A DNA stretch of 56,787 nt from Pseudomonadota bacterium (GTDB taxonomy: Bacteria; Bdellovibrionota_B; Oligoflexia; Oligoflexales; CAIYRB01): assembly GCA_031416315.1 (NCBI GenBank), contig JANOTL010000172.1:1-56787 (forward strand). Direction: 5' to 3'. The stretch's first letter is position 1, and the number at the start of each line of letters is the position of its first letter. Made by a program: the position numbers and the translations under genes. Positions 39,320-50,144 of the stretch are shown in pieces. The notes under the pieces are model-generated. The model saw nothing but the letters and a program-made list of their open reading frames with translations, was not told the origin of the DNA and did no database searches.

Positions 39320-39622
39320 TCAGCCCGGAGCCTGTTCGCCCTCCGGCGCGTCGGTGGCGGGAGCGACCGCGCGTCCCGGAAGGTCTTTGCTGCCGACCAA
39401 GGTGATGTTCATGCCGATCTGGACGGTGACGGGGACGCCGCCGATGTCCATGGTCGTCTTGTTGTTCAGGTTCCAGCCGAGGGAGCCGGTGGAGAACTCG
39501 CGTGCCGGCGCGGTCATCGCCACACCGTCGATGGTGATGTTGACCGGCTTCGCCTTCTCCATGAACTCGACGCGGGTGAGGGGGCAAATCGTCTTCTTCG
39601 GCTTCGGCGGCTTGTTGCTCAT
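39320..39622 (-). CDS. Small conserved-looking hypothetical protein
   Basis: SD GGAG. Motifs EFSTGSLGW and QIGMNITLVGSK. Confidence 0.75.
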   Translation of the reverse strand: MSNKPPKPKKTICPLTRVEFMEKAKPVNITIDGVAMTAPAREFSTGSLGWNLNNKTTMDIGGVPVTVQIGMNITLVGSKDLPGRAVAPATDAPEGEQAPG

Positions 39623-39672
39623 GGCGGCTCCAGTTTGAATGTCGCTACACTGTACTGCGGTCCAGACGATTT

Positions 39673-41421
39673 TTACAGGGTATCCCAGGCAAACTTCTCT
39701 TCGGCACAAGCATGATCGGCCAGCTCCTTGATCAGCTCGTCGTCGTTGTCGTCGATCTTGCCGAAGTTGCCGCGGACGCGGCGGCCGACCTGGCCGGCGA
39801 AGACGTCGAGGATGCGGGTCTCCTTCGCGGCCTTGTCCTTGCCCTTCTCCGTGATCGAGCTGCTGACGCGGCTGATGACGCAGGCCAGGGCGAAGAGGTC
39901 GATCATGATGTCAGCCAAGCGGCGGGTCGCGAACTGCTTGTCGACGATGTTCTTGCCGTGCTTCCTCAGGATGCGGTCGACGGCGGCGGCGAGGTTCCTC
40001 GTGCCTTCCTCGAAGACGGCGCAATGCGCCTTAAGGTCGGGATGCGCCTGCGTCAAGGTAGCCTTGCCGTAGCCGGTGACGTGGGTGACTTGGCGGCGCG
40101 CATACTCGGAGAGGACGCCGAAGCCCTTGATCGGGTCGACGAGGACGTTGCCGAGGGTTTTCGCGAGCTCCTTCAGCTCGTGGCCGACGTCGTTCATCGC
40201 GGTGAGCGCGATGAAGAGGCGGAGGATCTCGTTGGTGCCCTCGAAGATGCGGTTGATGCGGGCGTCGCGCAGCATGCGCTCGTACGGAAACTCGCGCATG
40301 TAGCCGTTGCCGGCGGCGATCTGCAGCGCCTCGTCGGCGGTACGCCACAGGCACTCGGAGGCGAAGACCTTGCTGATCGCCGCTTCCACCGCGTAGTCGT
40401 GCGAGCCCTTGTCGACGAGCCCCGCGACCATCGAGACGACCGACTCCGAAGCGTAGCACTCGACGACCATGTGGCCGATCTTCTGCTTCACGAGGCCGAA
40501 CTCGGCGATGGGCTTGCCGAACTGCTGGCGCTCCTTCGCCTGCTTCGTCGACAGCTCGATCGCCTTTTTCATCGAGCCGACGCAGCCGCCGCCCAATCCG
40601 GTGCGGCCGCTGTTCAGGATGTTCATCGCGACCTTGAAGCCCTTGCCGACCTCGCCGAGCACGTGCTCGGGGCCGACCCGCACCTTGTCGAAGCGCACCG
40701 AGGTCGTCGAGCTGGCGCGAATGCCCATCTTGTCTTCGTGCGGGCTCGAGGTGACTCCCGGCATGTCGCGCGTGACGATGAACGCCGTCATGTGCGCCTT
40801 GCCGCCGGTGCCCTCCGTCTTGGCGAAGACGGTGAAGAAGTCGGCGATGCCGCCGTTGGTGATCCAGATTTTCTCGCCTTCGATGACCCAGCCGGTCCCG
40901 TCCTGAGTCGCCTTCGTCCGGATCGCTGCGGCGTCGGAGCCGGCCCCCGACTCCGTGAGGCAGAAGGCGGCGATCATCTCGCCCGTCGCGAGCTTCGGAT
41001 AATAGCGAGCGCGTTGCGCCTCCGACCCGAAAAGCAGGAGGCCGCGCATTCCGATCGAGGAGTGCGCGCCCGCGGTGATCGTGACGGAGGAGTCGTACAT
41101 GACGAGCTCCTGGATCGTGCGCGAATACGCCGTAGACGAGAAGCCGAGGCCACCGTGCGCCTCCGGCACGACGAGACTGAAGAGGCCGAGCTCCTTCATT
41201 TCCTGGATGAATTCGGGCGGCAGCTCGCCCTTCTCGTCCCACTTGCGGAAGTCGGCCTCGCGCCCTTTGAGCCAGGAGGCGACCGCGTCGCGGAGTTGAT
41301 TCAGGGTCGCCTTTTCCTCAGCTTTGATCGTGGGGAAGGGGAAAATCAGGCCCTCCTCGATCTCGCCGAAGCAGAGGGAGCGCATGAAACTGGTTTCGGA
41401 GACATCTTTTGCGTCGACCAT
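39673..41421 (-). CDS. Acyl-CoA dehydrogenase (VLCAD/ACAD9-like)
   Basis: FCLTESGAGSD, KIWITNG, R.QFG, RIFEGTNEI, C-terminal extension. Confidence 0.93.
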   Translation of the reverse strand: MVDAKDVSETSFMRSLCFGEIEEGLIFPFPTIKAEEKATLNQLRDAVASWLKGREADFRKWDEKGELPPEFIQEMKELGLFSLVVPEAHGGLGFSSTAYSRTIQELVMYDSSVTITAGAHSSIGMRGLLLFGSEAQRARYYPKLATGEMIAAFCLTESGAGSDAAAIRTKATQDGTGWVIEGEKIWITNGGIADFFTVFAKTEGTGGKAHMTAFIVTRDMPGVTSSPHEDKMGIRASSTTSVRFDKVRVGPEHVLGEVGKGFKVAMNILNSGRTGLGGGCVGSMKKAIELSTKQAKERQQFGKPIAEFGLVKQKIGHMVVECYASESVVSMVAGLVDKGSHDYAVEAAISKVFASECLWRTADEALQIAAGNGYMREFPYERMLRDARINRIFEGTNEILRLFIALTAMNDVGHELKELAKTLGNVLVDPIKGFGVLSEYARRQVTHVTGYGKATLTQAHPDLKAHCAVFEEGTRNLAAAVDRILRKHGKNIVDKQFATRRLADIMIDLFALACVISRVSSSITEKGKDKAAKETRILDVFAGQVGRRVRGNFGKIDDNDDELIKELADHACAEEKFAWDTL

Positions 41422-41483
41422 CGTGTACCTCGTGAGCGACATTGATCATAGAACAGCAGCCCCGCATGCGAAAGGATCGCCCC

Positions 41484-41612
41484 ATGGGAGACAGCAGTCC
41501 GAAAGACAAGCTGAAGAAGCAGAAGAAAAAGGACGACGACAAGGCCTCGGCCGCGAAGAAGGCGCAGTCCGACAAGGACGCGAAGGCGGCAAAAGTTCCC
41601 CCGAAGAAGTGA
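41484..41612 (+). CDS. Small Lys-rich protein (42 aa), below the ORF-track cutoff
   Basis: SD AAGGA. MGDSSPKDKLKKQKKKDDDKASAAKKAQSDKDAKAAKVPPKK. Followed by hairpin CCGGGCGTC..GACGCCCGG. Confidence 0.7.
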   Translation: MGDSSPKDKLKKQKKKDDDKASAAKKAQSDKDAKAAKVPPKK

Positions 41613-41992
41613 TCGCCGGCGCCGGGCGTCCGCGTTCGACGCCCGGTGCGGCCACGTATGTATTTGAATTTATAGTAAAATTTACGGCAGCCAGAGGTTC
41701 CTCGGAGACCACAAGCGTTCCCGTGGTGGACTGAGGCTTGGATCGTCAGGCAGGGTGCGATGCCCTGCCACGAGGAATGCGATGCTCCTGCGCGCGCCGA
41801 TCGCCATGGTCAAGAACGGCACAGTCAGCGGCAAGTCGGTCCGCGTCGTCGTCGTCAGGCGCCGCTACCCGGGTTTCACGCCGAAGGAGCTGGTCGATGA
41901 AAATGCGCGCGAACTTGCTCGTGACGGCGCGTGCGAAGTTCGGCGCGCCGATCTCGCAATTGGCGTTTCGTTACGAGAATAATCAGCTCTGA

Positions 41993-42502
41993 TTAGGGGC
42001 AGGGCGCCCCTGCCTCCACCCAAGCGGCGACGTGCGCGCCAAACTCTTTCTGGGTGCCGGGCGCGGGCTCACGACCGTCCCCCGGGCTCCACCCCCAGGC
42101 GACCAGCGGATCCTCGGCGCTGTGTTTCACCAGCGCTTCGAGGCTCATGCCGTGATTCTTCGCGGGGTCTTTTAGGGCCTCGCAGAGCTCGCGCTCGTTC
42201 AGACCTTGCCAGCCCATGGACCGAGGCGCGAGCGCCCATTTCGGAGCTCCGGGCACGCCGGAGGGCGCGTAGTTCGCGTCGCCGTGACAGCTGGCGCAGG
42301 GCAGTCCGGCGGCGCCGTGATCGGCTTCGCCGCGCTGGACGTTCATCGTGTGAACGTGGAGGTCCGCGCCTTGCGTAGGCCGATCCCCCGACGGATGACA
42401 ATTGAGGCATCGCGGGTGCTGCAGGACCTTTGCCGATTCGCGAAACGCGGCGACGCCTTCAGCGGTGGTCATGAGCATCGACAGGGTGAGAGCCATCAGC
42501 AT
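41993..42502 (-). CDS. Di-heme cytochrome c (type usually annotated as isoquinoline 1-oxidoreductase-associated subunit)
   Basis: SD AAGGAG. VLQHPRCLNCH, CASCH, W.LAP.SM.W, WGWSPG. Confidence 0.85.
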   Translation of the reverse strand: MLMALTLSMLMTTAEGVAAFRESAKVLQHPRCLNCHPSGDRPTQGADLHVHTMNVQRGEADHGAAGLPCASCHGDANYAPSGVPGAPKWALAPRSMGWQGLNERELCEALKDPAKNHGMSLEALVKHSAEDPLVAWGWSPGDGREPAPGTQKEFGAHVAAWVEAGAPCP

Positions 42503-42929
42503 CGGAGTCTCCTTTCCGAGACGCGCGTCCAGCGCTCGCTGGAGGAAGCAAGGCCTGGGCCAAAGGAGAAGAACGCGATTTCGGACCGTGTCGCGGCGAT
42601 GCGACCATATCCGGCGTCCTGGCCGTAAGCACCGCCGCAGACAGAGGTCTTGCCGGTGAGGGTGAACACGGCGGCGAGCGCAGCGGGGACGACGGAATTG
42701 AAAGTAAAATTCATGGGATGGCCTTTCGAGAAGCCGGTTGTGAGCCTTCTGGGCTCGGCCAAGACAAGCGGCGAAGCCACGGTTTCCCACGGCGAAAGGC
42801 GCACCTTGAGACCTGCGCGAAATGCAGGAGGGAGTCGAGTCATTGCGCGCGCCTCAGCGGCCTTCTCGCAGAACCGCGCGCGCATCGCTTATGATGGAGA
42901 GATCCCGACCACAACCTAAAGGAACCACG

Positions 42930-43466
42930 ATGAGCGTCTCGCCTACCCGTCGAGCCTTCATGCGTTTGGCCTCCGGCACGCTCGTGCTGCTGAGCTTGCC
43001 CCTCAGCGCCGTCGCCTGCAAAACCGGCGGCGGGGCGGCCGGTCTCAAGGACACGACGGGCGCGGCGGGCGTCCCCGACCCGGCGGCGTTTCTGGCATTG
43101 TCCTCGGCCCTGACCGGCTTCGAAGGCCTCGACGCGGCGCTCGCGCCCTTAATGTTGGCCGAGCTCACCGCGCATCACGGCGACAAGGTCGCGGCGCTGG
43201 TGCAGACGTATTCCGGCCTGAATCAGGCGGGGGACCTCGAGGCCCAGATCGGCGAGAAGATCATGGGCGATCAGACGATGGCGCCGGTCGCGGTGGCGGT
43301 GATCGGGCTTTGGTACGTCGGGACCTTCACCAAGACGACCGTACCCGAGGCGATGGGCGTCAAGGCGTACAAGCAGAACCTCGCGTGGCGAGCGATCACG
43401 AAGGGCAAGTCTCAAGGTCAGCCCGACGACGAGATCGGCGTTTGGTCCACCGCCCTGGCCGACTGA
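42930..43466 (+). CDS. Tat-exported small subunit of FAD sugar dehydrogenase complex
   Basis: TRRAFM, AVAC lipobox, FLALSSALTG, LWYVG. Confidence 0.82.
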   Translation: MSVSPTRRAFMRLASGTLVLLSLPLSAVACKTGGGAAGLKDTTGAAGVPDPAAFLALSSALTGFEGLDAALAPLMLAELTAHHGDKVAALVQTYSGLNQAGDLEAQIGEKIMGDQTMAPVAVAVIGLWYVGTFTKTTVPEAMGVKAYKQNLAWRAITKGKSQGQPDDEIGVWSTALAD

Positions 43467-43496
43467 GCCGCACCCTTTTCCGAACAGGAGCTCTCC

Positions 43497-45104
43497 ATGG
43501 CTGATTATGATGTCGTGATCGTAGGTGCGGGCGTGGCCGGCGGCTTAGTCGCGGACGCGCTGACCAAGGCCGGAAAAAAGGTCATCGTGCTGGAGGCGGG
43601 TCCTAACGACTCGAACCGGACGAAGCTCGTGAAGCGTTACCAGCTCGCGGCGATCAAGACGCCGGAGTCGCCGTACGCGAACGAGGCGATGGCGCCGCGT
43701 CCCGAGGTGATGGATCTTGACGCCTACTACGTGCAAAAGGGCGCGCAGAAGTTCAAGAGCACGTACCTGCGCCGCGTCGGCGGAACGACCTGGCACTGGC
43801 TCGGCGTCGCGTTCCGCTTTCTACCGAACGACTTCAAAATACAGACGGCTTACCAGCGCGGTCTCGATTGGCCGTTCCAATACGACGCGTTGGAGCCTTG
43901 GTACGTGAAGGCGGAGAAAGAGCTCGGCGTGTCGGGCGACGACGCGGACGACATCGGCTCGCCGCGCAGCGGCGGCTACCCGAACGCGCCGACGCCGACG
44001 AGCTACATGGACAAAGTGATCAAGGACGCCGTTACCGGCACGACGTTCGACGGCAACCCGGTGAAAGTCTCGGTGACGCCGGCCGCGCGCAATCCCGAGG
44101 TCTGCATCGGCTCGACGAGCTGCATCCCGATCTGCCCGATGGGCGCAAAGTACGAGGCGATCCGGCACGTCACGAAGGCGAAGAACGGCGGCGCCGTGAT
44201 CCAGGACAAGTGCGTCGCCTCGAAGATCCTCGTCGGGGCCGACGGCTCGATCTCGGGCCTCGAGTACACCCAGTGGGACGGCACGAAGAAGACGGTGACC
44301 GGGAAGGCCTACGTCCTGGCGGCGAACGCGATCGAGACGCCGAAGCTGATGTTGATGTCGGTGTCCGAGGCGTTTCCGAAAGGCGTGGGCAACTCCAGCG
44401 ATCAGGTCGGAAGAAACCTCTGCGACCATCCGATCCAGCTGAGCTGGGCGCTGACGAAGGACAAGATTTATCCGTATCGCGGACCGCTCTCGACCTCCGG
44501 GATCGAGTCCTTGCGCGACGGCGCGTTCCGGAAGGATCGCGGCGGCTTCCGCGTGCAGATCTCGAACGACGGCTGGAACTGGCCTACGGGCGGCGCGGGG
44601 ACGATCGCTCAGACCTTGGCTTCGGAGAAGAAGCTCTTCGGCAAGAAGCTGGCGGCGGCGGTGAAGGACCGCGGGCAACGCGAGATCCAGCTGGCAAGCC
44701 TGATCGAGCAATTGCCGGACGCGTCGAATCGGGTGATCCCGAGCGAGATGAAGGACGCGCTCGGCATTCCGCGGCCCGAGCTCCACTACGCGCTCGGCGA
44801 GTACGAGAAGAAAGGCATGGAAGCGGCCAAGAAGGCACACGACCAGGTCTTCCAGCAGCTCGGGTGCACGGAGATCCAGCATCGCGACGAGCACGAGGGC
44901 GCTGGCCACATCATGGGCACCGTGCGCATGGGCGCGGATCAGGCGAGCTCGGTCGTCGACGCGGACGGCCGCTCGCATGATCACAAGAATCTTTACGTCG
45001 TCGGGGCGAGTGTGTTTCCGTCGGTCGGGACGGCGAATCCCACGCTGACGATCGCGGCTCTAGCGTTGAAGACGGCGGCCAGGATCGGGTCGGATCTCGG
45101 CTGA
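43497..45104 (+). CDS. GMC-family FAD dehydrogenase large subunit
   Basis: GAGVAG, VGGTTWHW, Fe-S motif CIGSTSCIPICP, VGRNL.DH, HIMGT, NPTLT. Confidence 0.92.
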   Translation: MADYDVVIVGAGVAGGLVADALTKAGKKVIVLEAGPNDSNRTKLVKRYQLAAIKTPESPYANEAMAPRPEVMDLDAYYVQKGAQKFKSTYLRRVGGTTWHWLGVAFRFLPNDFKIQTAYQRGLDWPFQYDALEPWYVKAEKELGVSGDDADDIGSPRSGGYPNAPTPTSYMDKVIKDAVTGTTFDGNPVKVSVTPAARNPEVCIGSTSCIPICPMGAKYEAIRHVTKAKNGGAVIQDKCVASKILVGADGSISGLEYTQWDGTKKTVTGKAYVLAANAIETPKLMLMSVSEAFPKGVGNSSDQVGRNLCDHPIQLSWALTKDKIYPYRGPLSTSGIESLRDGAFRKDRGGFRVQISNDGWNWPTGGAGTIAQTLASEKKLFGKKLAAAVKDRGQREIQLASLIEQLPDASNRVIPSEMKDALGIPRPELHYALGEYEKKGMEAAKKAHDQVFQQLGCTEIQHRDEHEGAGHIMGTVRMGADQASSVVDADGRSHDHKNLYVVGASVFPSVGTANPTLTIAALALKTAARIGSDLG

Positions 45105-45146
45105 AGTCGATCACGGTGCGCTACTCCAAGAAAGAATGGCGGCGTC

Positions 45147-45614
45147 GTGAAGATGCGAGCGGCAGACCCGGCGGACATGGACGCGGTCTACATGATGGGC
45201 TTCGACGCGTTCGCCGAGGGGCTAGCCGTCGAGGCGTATCTGGCGGGTTGCCGGGCGGCACCGAAGTATCGGCTCGGGCGTTGGTACGTGCTCGAGGTCG
45301 AGGGGCGAACGGTGAGCTCCTTGATTTGCTACGAGGGGCATTTCGGGCTGGCGGCGCGCGCGGTCGGGATCGGTTCGGTGGCGACCGAGGTCGGAGCGCG
45401 GCGGCGTGGGTATGCGGCGGCTTTGATCAAGGCGGTGGTCGCGGCGTATCGGGCGCGCGGGGACGTGGACGCGTTTTATCTGCATGCCGATGTCGATCCG
45501 GAGATTTACCGGAGGTTGGGGTTTCGGACTTTGCATGGGTCCGAGGCGTGCATGGCTTTGGCGGCGGATGAGGCGGTGTTTGGGGTGGGATTCGTGGGGC
45601 CGCGGTATTTTTAG
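45147..45614 (+). CDS. GNAT acetyltransferase
   Basis: IGSVAT...RRRGYA, YRRLGF. Confidence 0.85.
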   Translation: MKMRAADPADMDAVYMMGFDAFAEGLAVEAYLAGCRAAPKYRLGRWYVLEVEGRTVSSLICYEGHFGLAARAVGIGSVATEVGARRRGYAAALIKAVVAAYRARGDVDAFYLHADVDPEIYRRLGFRTLHGSEACMALAADEAVFGVGFVGPRYF

Positions 45615-45644
45615 GCCGACCGCAGGAAAAGGCCTGCGGCCGTA

Positions 45645-46856
45645 TCAGGCTCCCCCGCTCCTCTCGAACCCCATCACCTCCGCCAAGGGATGCGCCGCCC
45701 CCGCGAGCTCGGCCGCGATTAGCTCGGCGGCGATGGCGCTGTACGTGATGCCGTTGCCACCGTAGCAAAGCGCGAAAAGCTGCCCCGGTCGCTCCGGATG
45801 CCGCCCGAGGAACGGCAGGCCGTCGAAGGTCTCGGCGAAGGTGCCCGTCCAAACGAAATCGACGCTGAAATCGAGTCGCGGAAACCGATGCCGAGCCGCT
45901 TCTTCGACGGCGCGTAGGCGGCTCGGGATCAAGAGGTCGCGCGCGACCTTGTTTTGAAAGATCGTGTCCTCGCCGCCGGCGAGCTGGCGATCGTCGTCCT
46001 TCGTCCGGAAATAATGGTACGGCCGTGCCGACTCCCACATCAGACAGCGCTCGTACCAGCCAGGAAAAGCCGCGACCGGGTCGCTCACGAACGCGAAGGT
46101 GCTCCGTAGCGAAGCCTTGATCTTCGGAAGGAACCGCAGGCTCTCGTAGCCCGCCGCGACGACGACTTCCTTGCACTCGACGGTGAGGCCGTCGTCCAAG
46201 GTCAGTAGCGTGTGCTTCCCTACCCGCTCGATCGTCTCGACATGCGCGCGGTCGAAGACTGCGCCCTTGCGCGCGACGCGAGCCAACAGCGCGTGGGTCA
46301 AGGCATGGGGATCGACCTCGCCGCCCGCCGACGACCAGATCGCCAGCGGCGCCTCGAAGTCGAAGTGCCGGCCGATCCGCGCTTGGTCCCATAGCTCGAC
46401 TGGAAAATCGTGTCGCGCCCTGAGCTCGTACTCGGCGCGCAAGGCGTCGACGTCCTTCGCCCCGCTCGCTTGGTAGAAGCTCGGCCGAGCCTTGAACCGA
46501 CCCTTGCCTCCGGTCTCGCGGTCGAGCCGCTCGACGTCGCCGATTGCCTCGAGACAGGCGCGATAAGCCGAAAGCGCCGCCGCCTCTCCGTAGCGCTCCG
46601 CGAGCTCGCCGAGAGGCGTGTCGATCTCGTACTGAATCAATGCGGTACTCGCGCTCGTGCTCCCGCAGGCCACCTCGCGGCCGTCGAGAACGACGACATC
46701 ACGCCCGTCGACGATCAGGCGATCGGCGATCATCGCGCCCGTGACACCCGCGCCGATTACGGCGATTTCCGTCTTCAGGTTGCGCTTGAGGCGCGGATAC
46801 GCGGCCGGCAAGCCGTTGCGTATGGGCCAAAAGGGCTCTCCGGATTTCAGATCCAC
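45645..46856 (-). CDS. DadA/PuuB-like FAD-dependent oxidoreductase
   Basis: SD AAGGAGG + GTG 46856. GAGVTG, GSTSASTA..QYEID, DGLPFLG, YGGNGIT. Confidence 0.88.
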   Translation of the reverse strand: MDLKSGEPFWPIRNGLPAAYPRLKRNLKTEIAVIGAGVTGAMIADRLIVDGRDVVVLDGREVACGSTSASTALIQYEIDTPLGELAERYGEAAALSAYRACLEAIGDVERLDRETGGKGRFKARPSFYQASGAKDVDALRAEYELRARHDFPVELWDQARIGRHFDFEAPLAIWSSAGGEVDPHALTHALLARVARKGAVFDRAHVETIERVGKHTLLTLDDGLTVECKEVVVAAGYESLRFLPKIKASLRSTFAFVSDPVAAFPGWYERCLMWESARPYHYFRTKDDDRQLAGGEDTIFQNKVARDLLIPSRLRAVEEAARHRFPRLDFSVDFVWTGTFAETFDGLPFLGRHPERPGQLFALCYGGNGITYSAIAAELIAAELAGAAHPLAEVMGFERSGGA

Positions 46857-46889
46857 TCGCACGCCTCCTTTAACATCGCGGCAATGCGA

Positions 46890-46929
46890 TGCAAATAAGA
46901 AGCCGACCACCGCTGGCGCGATCCTTGCT
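46890..46929. promoter_or_regulatory. Back-to-back divergent sigma54 promoters
   Basis: Minus: cGGcttcttatttGCa (46905-46890). Plus: tGGcgcgatccttGCt (46914-46929). Confidence 0.65.
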
Positions 46930-46976
46930 TTCCGTCCCGCGTCGACTTCGATCGACGCAACCACATGGAGATAATC

Positions 46977-47468
46977 ATGAAATCGACTCTCACACTGCTG
47001 GCGACACTTTCGGTGTTGGGCGCCTGTGGCGCCGAGCTGAAGGAAGACGCGGCGGCGATTAAAGACACAGAGCGCGAGCCAAATCTGTACGAATGCACGA
47101 CGGAGGACCGCCTCGTCCTGCGCTACACGACGACAAGCATCGCCGGCGAACCCCAGTTCGAGCTGAGCTCGACGACGGAGCACGGCCCCCAGTCCTTGGC
47201 CTCGAAGGCGGGAGCGGGTATCGCGGTGGCCCGTCAAGACGACAAGCAGCTTGTCTCCGTCGAGCAGTATGTGCCGGATTTGAGCACGACGACGTGGACC
47301 GTCGAGCTGCCGAAGATCACCCTCACATCCTCGTCCGACAAGGCTTCGTTCGACACGACCGTGACCGAGGTGATCGTGCCGACCTCGATCGCGGGGCCTC
47401 AGCCTGGTGACGAGACCGTCACGAATGTGCGACAGGCCAAGTGCGTGGCGGCCTTCGCGGCATTTTGA
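46977..47468 (+). CDS. Putative lipoprotein
   Basis: SD GGAG, LGAC lipobox, beta-rich, internal TSIAG repeat. Confidence 0.8.
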   Translation: MKSTLTLLATLSVLGACGAELKEDAAAIKDTEREPNLYECTTEDRLVLRYTTTSIAGEPQFELSSTTEHGPQSLASKAGAGIAVARQDDKQLVSVEQYVPDLSTTTWTVELPKITLTSSSDKASFDTTVTEVIVPTSIAGPQPGDETVTNVRQAKCVAAFAAF

Positions 47469-47492
47469 CCGCGGATCACTTCTGACCGTCGA

Positions 47493-49295
<1,803 letters not shown>

Positions 49296-49341
49296 GGAAA
49301 CTGGATTTGGGGGTGGCGAGGACGGTGCCGTGACGGGCGCT

Positions 49342-49434
49342 TGAAGTCAATTTACCGCAGAGGACGCAGAGGACGCAGAGGAGGGTTTAAAAACTCTCCG
49401 CGTCCTCTACGCACTCTGCAATAAATTGACTTCA
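49342..49434. repeat. REP/MITE-like long hairpin with (CGCAGAGGA)3
   Basis: 13-bp perfect terminal inverted repeat TGAAGTCAATTTA/TAAATTGACTTCA, imperfect inner arms. Confidence 0.75.
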
Positions 49435-50046
49435 CTTAAACGTGCAGTTGAACGACCCGGTCACATCCGCGGTGACCGTCGCCACCAGCGGGTTCGGCGG
49501 CGTCCCATTGCGCGTCGTCTGGATCAAATCGGTACAGGCGATCGTGCCCTGAATCGCCGGCGTGGCGGCGGTAACGTCGATGGCGCAGGCGCCGGCGTAG
49601 ATGAAGCCCTCGGTAGTGACGGTCTCTCGATACATCGAGTAGCCGTTCAGTGCCGTATCCGTGGCGGACGCGGGGACTTTGACGTCTACCATACAGGTCT
49701 CGTACAGGGTGCCGAGCTCTGGCTTCACCTGGTTGTCGACCGCTTGCGTACAGGTGTAGGCCTTCGGCGTCGAGCTGTAGTTCTTGATCGAGAAGCTGAG
49801 CGAGGCTTTGCCCGCGCCCATGGACATCTTCACGGTGACGAGGCCGGAGGCGACGTCGCGCTTGCACGAGTCGAGGGTCGTGAGCTGCGAGGTGCCGTTG
49901 TCGGTCGTCGCCTTCGAGTCGGCGATCGTCATCGTCGCGTAGACCACCGGCGCCGGCTCGTCCTCGTCCTCTTTCTTCTCACCGCAAGATACGAGCAGCG
50001 GAGCGATGATCGCCAGCACGAGGGCGGGCCTGAGAAGGTGGCGCAT
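49432..50046 (-). CDS. Cys-rich lipoprotein
   Basis: LVSC lipobox, six further Cys, Thr-rich beta strands. Confidence 0.8.
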   Translation of the reverse strand: MRHLLRPALVLAIIAPLLVSCGEKKEDEDEPAPVVYATMTIADSKATTDNGTSQLTTLDSCKRDVASGLVTVKMSMGAGKASLSFSIKNYSSTPKAYTCTQAVDNQVKPELGTLYETCMVDVKVPASATDTALNGYSMYRETVTTEGFIYAGACAIDVTAATPAIQGTIACTDLIQTTRNGTPPNPLVATVTADVTGSFNCTFK

Positions 50047-50144
50047 GGGGAGTTTCCTTTGCGGTTTGGGTCTAGGGCGAGCATAGCCGTGTGCCCCAAG
50101 GGAGACAAGGTGAGGTAAGATGAGGGCTTCTCGGAGGATCCCCG

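Noticed and set aside
41749..41770. tRNA T-arm-like GGCAGGGTGCGATGCCCTGCCA
   Set aside because: No TTC loop and no cloverleaf could be built.
41993..42790. 265-aa version of the cytochrome
   Set aside because: SD and signal peptide support ATG 42502.
45220..45614. G/T-skewed codon usage in the GNAT gene as a sign of horizontal transfer
   Set aside because: Similar local skews occur in other genes here, and there are no mobility signatures.
45645..47237. 530-aa version of the FAD oxidoreductase
   Set aside because: The extension overlaps the divergent lipoprotein gene. SD and promoter support GTG 46856.
50081..50099. GGCAC...ATGC sigma54-like site on the minus strand
   Set aside because: Spacing is 11 nt, not 10.
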